NCBI GenBank assembly: GCA_963813715.1
Contig: CAWFAK010000005.1
Location: 640,001-704,000, forward strand
DNA length: 64,000 bases
Direction: 5' to 3'
Source: an uncultured Planctomycetaceae bacterium
Lineage (GTDB): Bacteria; Planctomycetota; Planctomycetia; Planctomycetales; Planctomycetaceae
The notes under the pieces were generated by a model. That model was not told the DNA's origin and searched no databases. It worked only from the letters and a program-made list of their open reading frames with translations. The position numbers were made by a program, and so were the translations under genes. Shown in pieces: positions 53,954 to 64,000 of this stretch. The stretch's first letter is position 1. Every line of letters begins with the position of its first letter.

Positions 53954-54323
53954 CCCGTCACTCCGTTGTGGGGGACCTGAGCCCGGCTGGCGACCATTTG
54001 GAACCGCGAGTTGCGGCCGCTGGCGATCGAACCCCAAGAGAGCGCTCAGGACCCGACCCAAATTGTTCGATATAACCCGTTATTTTCCAGACTGTTATGT
54101 CGCGAGGCCCGGATTGGATCGGGTCCTGAAACCGTCCCGGTAATTTATCGCGATTGAGGTGGTTCTGCAAGATCGCGGAACTTTGACGATGCCGCCGAAA
54201 ACGTCTTTCAGAACGATTCTCCACATTTTGCGGGTTCTTTGGCCGATAAAGAAAGACAGGCCCAGCGCCCGCGCGGCGCCGGCTTCACGGTTCGGCGAAA
54301 CCAGCCCTCAGGAAGACCAAACG

Positions 54324-54782
54324 ATGAATGGAAAAATTGTCTTGGGACTGACCCTCGGCATGCTCGGGCTGGCCTGCGCCGGTTGCGCGTCCGATCCCGG
54401 CATCGTTCGCGCTCAAGCTCCCGGACCCGACGGCGCGATGGCCGCCGGCCCGGCTCCCAACGGCGTGGTCTACGGCACTCCCCAGAATCCGTGCCCCGAA
54501 TGCGGGTCGACCGACGGCACCTGCTTGCACTGCTGCCTGGGGGGCTGCCTGGCCAACTATCAGCCCCATCATCGCTACTGGTCGCACTACTGCCCGCCCG
54601 ATGCCGGGACGTGCCGCCTCGGCAGTAACGGTTACTGCTTGCCCAGTGTGGCCTGCGACCATGGGCCGCTCGTCTATCCGCCGAACCCCACTCCGGGGGC
54701 GATTGTGCAGTACCCCTACTACACGTGTAAGGGGCCGGACGATTTCTTCTGGCCGCCCATCAACCAATCGGGCACTCGCTAG
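54324..54782 (+). CDS. Cys-rich secreted protein / lipoprotein
   Basis: Signal peptide with CAGC; about a dozen Cys; C-terminal VQYPYYTCKGPDDFF. Confidence 0.7.
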   Translation: MNGKIVLGLTLGMLGLACAGCASDPGIVRAQAPGPDGAMAAGPAPNGVVYGTPQNPCPECGSTDGTCLHCCLGGCLANYQPHHRYWSHYCPPDAGTCRLGSNGYCLPSVACDHGPLVYPPNPTPGAIVQYPYYTCKGPDDFFWPPINQSGTR

Positions 54783-56560
54783 TTAAATCCTGTCCAAACT
54801 CGAAACGGCACTGGCGGCTTGTCCGCCAGTGTTTGTTTTTGGGGCAGGCGGAAAGGCAGACGCCCGCCGCACGAAGACCAGGGCCGTCTCGTCTTTGTAG
54901 GCCAACGACCACTCGGCATCCGTTCGCAGTGCGTCGGCGAGCGCCGCATGCTGATCGTCGTCGACGATCACCGTGTTGACGCGGTACTGCCGCAGAATCT
55001 CCTGCCAGCCGTCGTCGAGCGTGATCACGCGGACATAGTCCTGCCAGACCGGCGGCGGCAGCAAGTGGGCGTGCGAGGCGGCGAACACCTGGAGCCCGGG
55101 CGGACCGGCCCACAGCAGGTAATCGCCCCATTCCATCGGGTTGAAGATCTGGCCATGAGGCGGATGAGCACGCAGATAATCGGTCGCATCGAGCGGCGTG
55201 GCGGCGGAAAAGTGCTGGCGGCGGTCCGTGCGCATGATCTGGGCGAACAATCCGTCGCCCAGCGGCGTCAACAGCAGCGCGCACACCGCGACGACGACCA
55301 GCACGCCCGCGGAAACCCAGCGGGTCGACCACGCGACCCAAGCCCGGCGGAGCCGCGGGAAGATCCGGCCCGCCGACTGAATTCCCGACGGCAAAGCCCG
55401 ACTCCGCGCGTCGCCAGCGCTGCGCGACGGCTGAAGCGTGCAGCGACAAATAAAACGCGGCCAGCGGCCCCCACCAGACGATCATCCGCGAGGTGGCGAG
55501 CATCGCCCCGCCCAGCCCGACGAGCAACAGAATCTCGGTCGCGGGAATTCGTCGTGGCGTCAGCGCGTAGAGACCGAGCAGACCCAGGCTGACCACCAAG
55601 GCCGCCCGAGCCTGCCACATCCACCAGCCCAGCGGCTGCCATTCGACGAGGTCCTGCAGATTGGCGTTCGAGGACAGCTCCCACGCGGCCGGGAAAATTC
55701 GCCAACCGTAGGGATTCAGCAGGCACGCGACAGCGGCCAGCATCAGCACGATCAGGCCGCGCCGCACGCGGCGATCCTCATGCACGGCACGCAGGCGACC
55801 CGTGCGACGCAGCAAATCGACCGCGCGACCGCACAACGAACGCCGCCAACAGCGCCAGCCCGATCAAGAACGATCCGTGCAAATTGGCCCACGCGGCAAA
55901 TATCAGGGCCGTCGCCAACGCGGCCAGTCGGAAGCGCGTTGCCGTCCCGCGCCACGCGCCACCGGCCGCGAGCAGGAAGACGCCGAGAAAACACGCGGAG
56001 CCCGCCAGTTGCGGTCGCATGATGGCCAACTGCTGCCAGTCGACCCAAACGTAGAGCGCAGCGGCCAGCGCGGCCGCCGCGGCCGAACCCGTTTTCCGCA
56101 GTGTGCACAGCGCTAACAGGCCGACGCCGATGATGACGGCAGTCGCATACAGGAACTGCAGTGCTTCGACGCCTCGACAGCGCTCGGCCGCGTAGCCGAT
56201 CACTTCGCTCAGCCAGGAGAAGTCGACAAACGGCACGCCTTGGCACAGCGGCAGCAAGGGCTCCGTCGCCGGAATGTTTCTTTGTGCCACGATCAGCCGG
56301 CCGTAAGCCAGGTGTCCCCACAGGTCGGTGTGCCAGAGCGGGCGATGGCTCAGGTAGACGAAGAACGCCGCCAGCCCGACAAACAGCGCGAACGTCCCCA
56401 ATCGGCAATGCAGCCACGTCGGTTCTCGCGGCGTGGTCGGCAGACAATTCCAGCCGAAGCCGCGTCCCAATCCCCATTCGTCGTCGGCAGTGATCGTTTG
56501 TCGGGAATCGCTCGGCGAATGCGCATCGATGCCCGGCGCTTGCGGACGCGTGGACATCAA
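54783..56560 (-). CDS. Polytopic membrane protein, GT-C-like (frameshifts near 55820 and 55390)
   Basis: DLWGHLAYG, RPQL, WANLHGSF, LLNPYG, EW.P, WGDYLLW spread over three frames. Confidence 0.7.
54807..54831. repeat. REP hairpin
   Basis: GG-CACTGGCGG-CTTGT-CCGCCAGTG, perfect 9-bp stem between convergent genes. Confidence 0.65.
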
Positions 56561-57834
56561 CGCACCACGAAGCTGAGCGATTCGATGACCGCTCGGCCCG
56601 ACTTGGCAAACGGGCGGGGCAACGGCTGAGCGCGCCCACGCTCATCGACGGCCCGGCACCGCAGCGCATAACGGCCGGCCGGCAATCCCGGATGGACTCC
56701 CGCCCAATGGGCGCAGGTCAGCTTCATCGGCCACGTGCGGGGGCGGCCGGTCGCCGAGTCGAACCCATGCAGCGGCAACGGGAGTTGATCTCCGGGCAAA
56801 CCGCCGCCCCACTTCTTAGCGTCGGGCGGCGGCAGGATCGCGACGTCGCGCCAGTGCGCCTTTTGCAGATACGGGTCATCCTCCGGCGGCTCGTCGTCTT
56901 CCGGACTGATGAGAATCTGCACCTTGCTCAGCCCGGCGATGCCGACTTGCGCATAGCCCGACAGCGGAATCGATTCGCCCTTCTTCGCCACGTCGGGGTA
57001 GGCGAGCGTGGCGGCAAACGTTTTCATCGGGCTGTCGACGTCGTTCCCCTGCTCGGCGTAGGTGTCGTTGGCATGGGGCAGGTTGGTCAGTACCACGTGC
57101 GAGAGCCACTTGATCGACTTGAACCCGTAGTGCTCGGGCACCACGATTCGCACCGGACCGCCGCGACGAGGCGTCAGCCATTGGCCGTTGAGCTTGTAGC
57201 AGAGGATCACCGGCGGCAGATCGAAATAATCGTCGAACACACGGCCGATCGGCAGGGAGCTGCGGAACATCTGCTTCGGATTGTCGTTGTGGTAGCCGTA
57301 ATAGAAGACGCGTCGCAGGTCCTCGTGCGGCTCGGTCATCCACACCAGCTCGCGGAGCGGCACCCCTTCCCAGATGCCCATGCCGAGCGGGCAGCCAAGA
57401 TTGAGGCACGTCATGATCTTGGGAAATCGCACGGCCTTCGTTTCGGCTAGCTTCATCAGAGCGGCAAAATCAATCGCGGTCCCTTCGCTCTTGGTAAGCG
57501 GCTTGCCGAGCCGCACCGGATGCTCGGGATCGGACAACACTTCGACCCGCCACGTCTCACGGGTGAGACCGACGGCCCGTTTGCGATCGTCGGGCAGCGT
57601 GTGGGGAATCGGTTTGCCGCGAGAAACGTCCTCGAAGCCGTCGGGCGGCGTGAGGTAGCTCGCAAACCGCGCTTCCCGCTCGGGCTGCTTCTTCGACCGG
57701 GGCGACGCAGCGCGAACCAACCGCGGTTGTCCGAGCGCGGCGAGGGAACTCAAGCCGGCGCAGAAGAAGCGGCGCGTCAGAGTTTGATGCTCGAGGAGGA
57801 ACCGAGGCGGCTTGCGCATCGCGTGCCTTTTCAA
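56557..57834 (-). CDS. Molybdopterin-dependent oxidoreductase (sulfite oxidase family), Tat-exported
   Basis: TRRFF signal, Mo-ligand Cys in MTCL, WEGVPL, YKLNG.WL...RGGPVRIVVP.HYGFKSIKWL, RAVD..G..QP. Confidence 0.85.
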   Translation of the reverse strand: MKRHAMRKPPRFLLEHQTLTRRFFCAGLSSLAALGQPRLVRAASPRSKKQPEREARFASYLTPPDGFEDVSRGKPIPHTLPDDRKRAVGLTRETWRVEVLSDPEHPVRLGKPLTKSEGTAIDFAALMKLAETKAVRFPKIMTCLNLGCPLGMGIWEGVPLRELVWMTEPHEDLRRVFYYGYHNDNPKQMFRSSLPIGRVFDDYFDLPPVILCYKLNGQWLTPRRGGPVRIVVPEHYGFKSIKWLSHVVLTNLPHANDTYAEQGNDVDSPMKTFAATLAYPDVAKKGESIPLSGYAQVGIAGLSKVQILISPEDDEPPEDDPYLQKAHWRDVAILPPPDAKKWGGGLPGDQLPLPLHGFDSATGRPRTWPMKLTCAHWAGVHPGLPAGRYALRCRAVDERGRAQPLPRPFAKSGRAVIESLSFVVR

Positions 57835-58196
57835 CCGCCGATCTCAGAAGGCGTCCGGAGTCTGGTATCCCACTCAATACCGCAATCCGGGCAGTAGTAA
57901 CAGAGGGGCGTTCCAAAACCGAATTGCTCGGTCGTTGGCTTGCGGATCGTCCGGCCGCAGGAAGGGCAGCGGTAGCTCCGGAAGCGAAACCAGTCAAAGA
58001 CCATTCCGAAAACCACGCAGCCCAGAAAGGCTCCGACCGACGCCCCCAACCGCCAGCCCCCCGCGTCGAAGTATTTCACACAGAGGGCGAGGGCAATCAC
58101 GGCCGGGACGACGTAGACGAGATTGCCCAACACGTACCGTCGGCCGAATTCCGGGTCGCGACGGTACGCTCGCTCGTGAACAGGAGTATCCGGCAC
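57831..58196 (-). CDS. Small two-TM protein with C-terminal zinc ribbon
   Basis: Two hydrophobic helices, CPSC...CPDC; stop overlaps the next start. Confidence 0.65.
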   Translation of the reverse strand: MPDTPVHERAYRRDPEFGRRYVLGNLVYVVPAVIALALCVKYFDAGGWRLGASVGAFLGCVVFGMVFDWFRFRSYRCPSCGRTIRKPTTEQFGFGTPLCYYCPDCGIEWDTRLRTPSEIGG

Positions 58197-58249
58197 TTTC
58201 GAGCCCTCGGGTCAAATTTCGCAGCGGCGCGTTCGATTTCGCGCGGGAC

Positions 58250-58300
58250 AACGTGCCCCCTTATGTCAAAAAAAGTGGTCCCGTCCCGCCGGGGATGAAA
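58250..58300 (-). repeat. Single module of the CGGGACGGGAC family
   Basis: Reverse complement TTTCATCCCCGGCGGGACGGGACCACTTTTTTTGACATAAGGG; compare 3361-3375 and 3295-3308. Confidence 0.7.
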
Positions 58301-58306
58301 GTCCTG

Positions 58307-58585
58307 TTATCTGTGGGAAGCCCAGATGCGATACCCGGTCTCCCTCCGCTCGTGCTTCTCGAACCGGCAGGGGACGATCAGGCCGTCATCGAGCAGGGAG
58401 CGAAGCACGACCCTGACCTTCGACGTGGTGAGTTTCAGCGTGTCGCGGAAATGCCGGGCGGTCTCTCCGTCGGGTTTGCCCGCGAGCACTTCGAGCACGC
58501 GCAGCCGATGCCGGGCAAAGGTCGCCGCCTTGCGTCGCAGCCGCTGGCTTTGGGAGATTTCGGGAGTCAGCTTTCCAGGTCGCAT
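58307..58585 (-). CDS. Small putative winged-helix protein (start uncertain)
   Basis: RVLEVL...ETARHFRDTLKLTTSKVRVVLRSLLDDGLI...Y fits a wHTH pattern. Confidence 0.5.
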   Translation of the reverse strand: MRPGKLTPEISQSQRLRRKAATFARHRLRVLEVLAGKPDGETARHFRDTLKLTTSKVRVVLRSLLDDGLIVPCRFEKHERRETGYRIWASHR

Positions 58586-58791
58586 CAGGTGGCCACAACT
58601 CGGCGGGGCATCCTTTGATTCTAACCGATGCGGAATTTGCCTCGGGCCCGTTTTCCGACTCGTACCCATTGATCGATATTGGGTTACGACAAATTTTGCT
58701 GAAACCGGCTGCGCGCGGGGCGAGGGGCAATACGGGAGCGCCTCGCCCTTGCCGTTGCAAAGCAAGGTCGTGGCGGCTCGTTCAGAGCTAC

Positions 58792-58959
58792 GGGTGGCGG
58801 GGGCGCTCCGCTTTGCGGAAGCCCCCGTTGGCCTTTTAGCTATTCGTTCGACATTCCGTCAGTCTAGACGATCCTCGTCCCATCGTTTGAACGCTGCGAC
58901 ATCCTCAGCAGGTTAGCCGACGCTCCGGGGCTTCCGCAAAGCGGAGCGCCCGGCCACCC
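58792..58959. repeat. Intact REPIN (inverted REP pair)
   Basis: GGGTGGCGGGGGCGCTCCGCTTTGCGGAAGCCCC (58792-58825) and GGGGCTTCCGCAAAGCGGAGCGCCCGGCCACCC (58927-58959). Confidence 0.88.
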
Positions 58960-58988
58960 ATCCGCAACGGCATTCGAGCGGGATCAGG

Positions 58989-61174
58989 TTATTCCGTGCG
59001 GCTCAGGCGTTCGGCGACGATCTCGTCCGTCAGCGGCGGAGCTTCGATCGAAAGCGGAGCGCCCGCGGCATGGTAAACGGCCGAAAGGGGGGCCAGCTCC
59101 TCGGCGGGAATATTGGCCGTGCCGAAGACGTCGAGATGCGTGGGAGCGATGAGCGCCGCCAGGCCGCCGAGGCCGCCGTACTTGAGCGCGCCGGGCAGAA
59201 ACATCGGATCGGTCGTCGCGGGAATCTTGCGGTAACTCAGCCCGTGGGCGTCGGCCAGCACGTCCGAGACGCGCTCGTGCAAGAGGCCGGCGGCCAGCAG
59301 GACGCAGGGACCGGCTTCGCCCGTGCCAACCAGGTGAATCTTGCGGGCCTGGTGGTTCGTCGCCAGGCCGACCGCCGTCACGATGTCGTGCACGCGGCTC
59401 GAGGCAACGGTCGGGTTGTAAGCGAACGTGAAGGCCGCGTACTTCTTGATCACCTGCGGCGGTTTGGCGGGGGGATGCGACTCGGCGAATTCGCCAGTCA
59501 GAAACAAGTCGGCCGAAACGACCGCTTCGCCCGCGGCGAGCAGTTTGCGCACGGCTTCGGTCGGCTGTCCGTCGGGGCCGAGCAGGTGCGACTTGCCTTG
59601 TCCGTCGAACCAGAAGACGGCCGTGCCGCGGAACGATTTCGGACGCAGCAGAATCCACGGGAGCTGCGTTTTGTCGTCGCTCCGCACGGCCCGACCTTTG
59701 ATCAGCTCGGTCCCGTCGTCGAGGCGCGTCGTGTGCAGCGGGTTCTCGCGCCAATCGGCCGAGGCGGGAGGCTCCGCGTTGTTGAGCATCACGCGGGCCG
59801 CGGTGCCCACCACTTCGCGATAGTGCGGCAGACCGGCCGCGTCTTTTGGCAACAGCTCGGCAAACTGGCTGTCGGCGACGCCGGTGAGGTAATCGCGGAG
59901 GGCCTTGGTGTCCTTGGCATCGGAGGGCTGCGGGTGCTCTTTGTCGTAGACGTGTAAATTGTTCGGCTCGATGGGCTGGAAGTCCGCCTCGACGATGGGC
60001 GTCTTGTGGTCGAGGCCCAGGTGGGCGTTGAACCAGCCGTACATCATCTCCCGCGCGACCTGGTTGTAATTGTGGGCGAACTGCGGGAAGCACTTGGCGA
60101 AGACATGGTCCGACTCGCCGTAAAGGCCGTAGATCTTTTTCAGCTCGGGCAGGCCTTTGCGTTCGATGTCGATCGTCCAGTCGTGGGCCCCGCTCATCGC
60201 CATCGGCTTGGGGGCAAACAGCGCGGCGATCGCCACGTTGTTGATGCCGACCCGCAACAAATCGGCGTTCTCGCAGACGCAGCCCCCCTGCATGTTGGTG
60301 GAGACCATGACGGCCGGAAAGGCGACCGCGGGCCGCGGGTCGACGGCGCCGAGCAGGAACGTCTGCGTGCCGCCGCCGCTGGCGCCGGTGACGCCGATGC
60401 GTTGCGGATCGACGTCGGGGAGCGACTGCAGAAAGTCGAGCGCCCGGATCGAATTGAAGGTCTGCAGCCCGCACTCGCTCTGCAGTCGGAGATCGGCCTC
60501 GGCATCGGTGATGCCGCCGAAGTGATCGAGGGGCTTGTTGTCGGCGTAGCCGACCATGTCGTAGTGAAAGACGACGCAGCCCAACCGCGCGAGTCCGACC
60601 ATGCGGGCTTGCAGCGGGTACCGGCGCCGGACATGTGGCTCTCGGCCTTTTGTTCGAGCTGCTTCTGGGCTTCTTTCTCGCCCGCGTCGTAAAGGCGGCC
60701 GTTGGCCCAGTGGCCGTGCGGGCAGAGCACGCCGGGCACTTTGCCGACGATCTTCGCCGGGCGATACAAGTTCCCCGTGACGTAGTGGCCAGGCAGGCTG
60801 GCGAAGAAGACTTTTTCGACGGTGTAGTCGCCGCGATCGATCTTGCCGTGAATCACCGGATGCAGCGGCTCTTTGGGAAGCATGGGCCAGAGGCCGGTGG
60901 CGACCAGCACGCGTTCGCGGATCGCCCGGGCCTGCTTTTCCCAGCCCGCCTTGGTCGACGCGGGAGTCCAGGGATGGTTGTGGTCGCCCAGCAGGCGCAT
61001 GCGGCCGTAGCGGGGATCGTCGCGGATGTCCGGGCCGGCGTCGTCGATCAGCGCCTTCTGCAGCGTCGGTCTCGACGGCGGCCCTTCCGTGCCCCTGGGG
61101 ACCTGCGCGAGGCAATCGCCGGAGAGTGCCAAACAAATCGCAAGGCCGAGCGCGACGAGATGCGGCAACTTCAT
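58989..61174 (-). CDS. Secreted acetylxylan-esterase-like alpha/beta hydrolase (frameshift near 60628)
   Basis: Signal peptide, YTVEKV, VTGNLYRP, CPHGH, YDMVGY, IGVTGASGGGTQT nucleophile, CVCE. Confidence 0.85.
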
Positions 61175-61342
61175 GGGACGTGTCTCTCGGAGAAGAACGA
61201 TCGGAGCGCGGGGAGGATTGGCGGCGGGCGTCAACGTTTCGATGCACAGCGGATTGATGCACCGGTCCGATGCGCACGGTTTGCCATGCACCGGCTGTAG
61301 CGTATGCTGGCGGGCGAAGAGAGGCAATTGACCGGGAATTCC

Positions 61343-62600
61343 ATGATCGTCGCCGGCCGGGTCGTCAGCACCGAGCGGGTTGAACCGAGCCAGATCCGCA
61401 TCGAGGGAGAGCGGATCGTGGAGGTCGGCCCGCGGCTCGGCCGACCCGACGTCGAGTTCGGCGACGATTGCCTGATCTTTGCCGGCATGGGCGACATTCA
61501 CATACACGCCCGCGACGATCCGAGCGGCAAGGAGGCGTACAAGGAAGATTTTTGCACGGCGTCGGCCGCCGCGCTCCATGGCGGCGTCGTCCACGTGGCC
61601 GACATGCCGAACAATCCGGCCGCCCCGATCGACGATTCGTCGTACCGGGCGAAGGAGGCGCTGGTCAAAACGCCGCCACGTGCCGATCCAGATCACGCTC
61701 TACGCGGGCATCGGCCCGAGCACGCGTCCGCTGTCGTTTGCCGTTCCGTATAAGGTCTACATGGGGCCGAGCGTCGGCGACCTTTATTTCACGTCGCTCG
61801 AACAGCTCGACCGGACGCTGGCCCAGTACCGAGGTGCGAATGTCAGCTTTCACTGCGAGGACCCCGTGCTCCTCGAACAGCATCGCGGCGAGCCGACGCA
61901 CGAGCGGCGACGCCCGCCGGCTTGCGAACTCTCGGCCACGCAGTTCGCGCTCCAGATGATCGAGAAGTACGAGCTGCGGGGCAAACTGTGCCATTACTCG
62001 GTGGGCGAAGGGCTGCCGCTGATTCGCGAAGCCCGCCGCCGCGGCCTGCCGGTCACCTGCGAAGTCACGCCGCACCATCTGTATCTTCGATGAGACGCGG
62101 ATCACGGACGAGAACCGCGGCCGCATGCAGATGAACCCGCCTTTGCGCGGACCGTCCGACCGGACCGTGCTGCTCGAAGCGCTCCGCAATGGCGAGTTGG
62201 ATTACCTGGCCACCGACCACGCGCCCCACACGCTCGCCGAGAAACAGAATCCGCAAAAGTGTCCGTCCGGGCAACCGCACCTCGATACTTATGGCCCGTT
62301 CGTGACGTGGCTGATCGTCGAAGCGCGGATTCACGCCCGAGCGAATTGCCGCGGTGTGCAGTGACAATCCGGGGCAGTTCGTCAATCCCTATGCGTCCGG
62401 GCTCAAGTTCGGGCGAATCGAGCCCGGCTACACGGCTTCGCTGACCGTGCTGAATTTGGCTGCGGCCAACTCAGATCACTCGCGAGCACCTGAAAACAAA
62501 GTGCGGCTGGTCGCCGTTCGAGGGACTGACGTTCCCGGGTTCGGTCGAGGCCGTGTTCATCGCGGCGCGCGAGGCGAGCGCGAGCGTCAGTTGCGTGAAT
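61343..62600 (+). CDS. pyrC: Dihydroorotase / cyclic amidohydrolase (several frameshifts)
   Basis: DIHIHAR, DMPNN.P, KVYM, FHCED, CEVTPHHL, MNPPLR, ATDHAPH, KCGWSPFEG. Confidence 0.8.
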
Positions 62601-62631
62601 AGGCGAGCGTCCAGAGAGAATCGTCGCAGAG

Positions 62632-63655
62632 ATGAAGCGAACTTGCTCAACGTGGCGATTGCTAACGTCGTCGATCGCGACACTGGCGGCCGTCACGGTC
62701 TTCGCTGGCTCGCAGCGGAGCGAACAATCCGCCCGCGGACAAACCAGCGATCGTCGTGGCCGAGACGGCGGCCCGCAATCCGTGGACGAAGCTCGAGCTC
62801 GACCAGGGGGCCGACGCGTTTCGCTTTGCCGTCGTCTCCGACCGCACGGGCGGGCATCGGCCGGGCATTTTTTCGCGGGCCGTGCGGATGATCAACCTGC
62901 TGCAGCCCGAGTTCGTGATGTCGGTGGGCGACTTGATCGAAGGCTACAGCGAGGACCCCGGCCAATGGGCCCTCGAATGGTCCGAATTCGAAACGAACGT
63001 CGACCGCCTGCAGATGCCCTTCTTCTTCTGCACGGGCAACCACGACATGTCGAACGTGCCGATGAGCGAAAACTGGAAGCGGAAGTTCGGCCGCAGCTAC
63101 TACTCGTTCCGCTACCGCAACGTGCTGTTCGTGGTGCTGAATTCGGAGGAGCCGCGGCCGAAAGACCAGGACTACCGCTTCAGCCCCGAGCAGCAAGAGT
63201 GGCTGCGGCAAACGCTGCAGCAGAACGGCGACGTCCGCTGGACCTTCGTCTTCTTTCATAAGCCAGTCTGGCGCGAGGCGATGGGCGACCCCGTAGCCCA
63301 GGGGTGGACGCCCATCGAGGATGCGCTGGCGGCGGGCGACCGGCGCTACACAGTCTTCGTCGGCCACGAGCACAACTACGCCAAGTTCGTCCGCCACGGC
63401 CGCGAGTACTTCATGCTGGCGACGACGGGAGGCGGCTCGAAGATGCGGGGCGTCGACTACGGCGAATTTGATCACGTCGCCTGGGTGACGATGAAAAATG
63501 GCCAACCGGTGATCGCCAACGTTCTGCTCGACGGCGTGCAGCCCAACGACGTCCGCAAGGAACGCGACTTGCCGCGGTTCCCGTTGCCGCAACGAGCGCC
63601 CAGCCCGCGATCCAAATCCCCCGAGCGACGAGCCGCGACTCCGGCCGGCGTCTGA
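62632..63655 (+). CDS. Secreted calcineurin-like metallophosphoesterase (frameshift near 62750)
   Basis: SDRTGG, GDLIEG, GNHD, FFHKP, GHEH; signal peptide in the upstream frame. Confidence 0.88.
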
Positions 63656-64000
63656 TTCTGGTCCGCAGTTCCCGAGCGACCGCGTGAACCCAACGCGTAG
63701 ATTTTTCTCGCGGGTAAAGCGCTGGCCATCCTGAGCCTTGATCGGTCTTGACGAACAGATCTGCCCTGATACGATCAGCGCATCCATGTCGCAGCCCCCG
63801 AGACCCCATGTCTTGGGGGTTGCGGCGTTTATACAAACGGGGCGGCATTTTCGAGATCCAACCCGTTGGTTCGAGACAGCTTGCGTTTCGAATCTCCCGC
63901 CGCTGGAACTGGGGTAATGACCAGTGGCTAAGAACCGCGTACCCGGCAGGAAGAAGCAAGAGCGTTCACCGCTCGCCCCGCTGACGGCCGAAGAGGCGCT

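Overview
High-GC bacterial chromosome segment. Gene content and repeat types point to a Planctomycete, which is an inference. Many genes are broken by single-base frameshifts, most likely long-read indel errors. The backbone is housekeeping and metabolic: pyrH-frr, rnpA-yidD, a DnaJ/CbpA-type chaperone, pdxJ, DinG helicase, tRNA-Val, a tandem pair of dynamin-like GTPases, a SulP-carbonic anhydrase fusion, tnaA, tRNA-Asp, acyl-CoA dehydrogenase plus HOT, hemC, an S1-domain protein and pyrC. The most interesting parts are non-coding. (1) The first 5.3 kb holds three insertion sequences of different families, each in or abutting a REP-like hairpin. One is a complete IS1111-type IS110 element whose downstream non-coding region contains four segments matching its own REP target and donor junction, in bridge-RNA order. 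(2) A family of related non-coding modules recurs at about 1.0-3.4, 17.2-18.7, 33.5-33.9 and 58.3 kb. At 17.2-18.7 kb it forms a leader plus a tandem array of ~205 bp structured units, with a self-promoted two-ORF cassette sitting exactly at a duplicated CCGG junction. This is a candidate REP-based gene-cassette system; no cognate recombinase is visible in the window.
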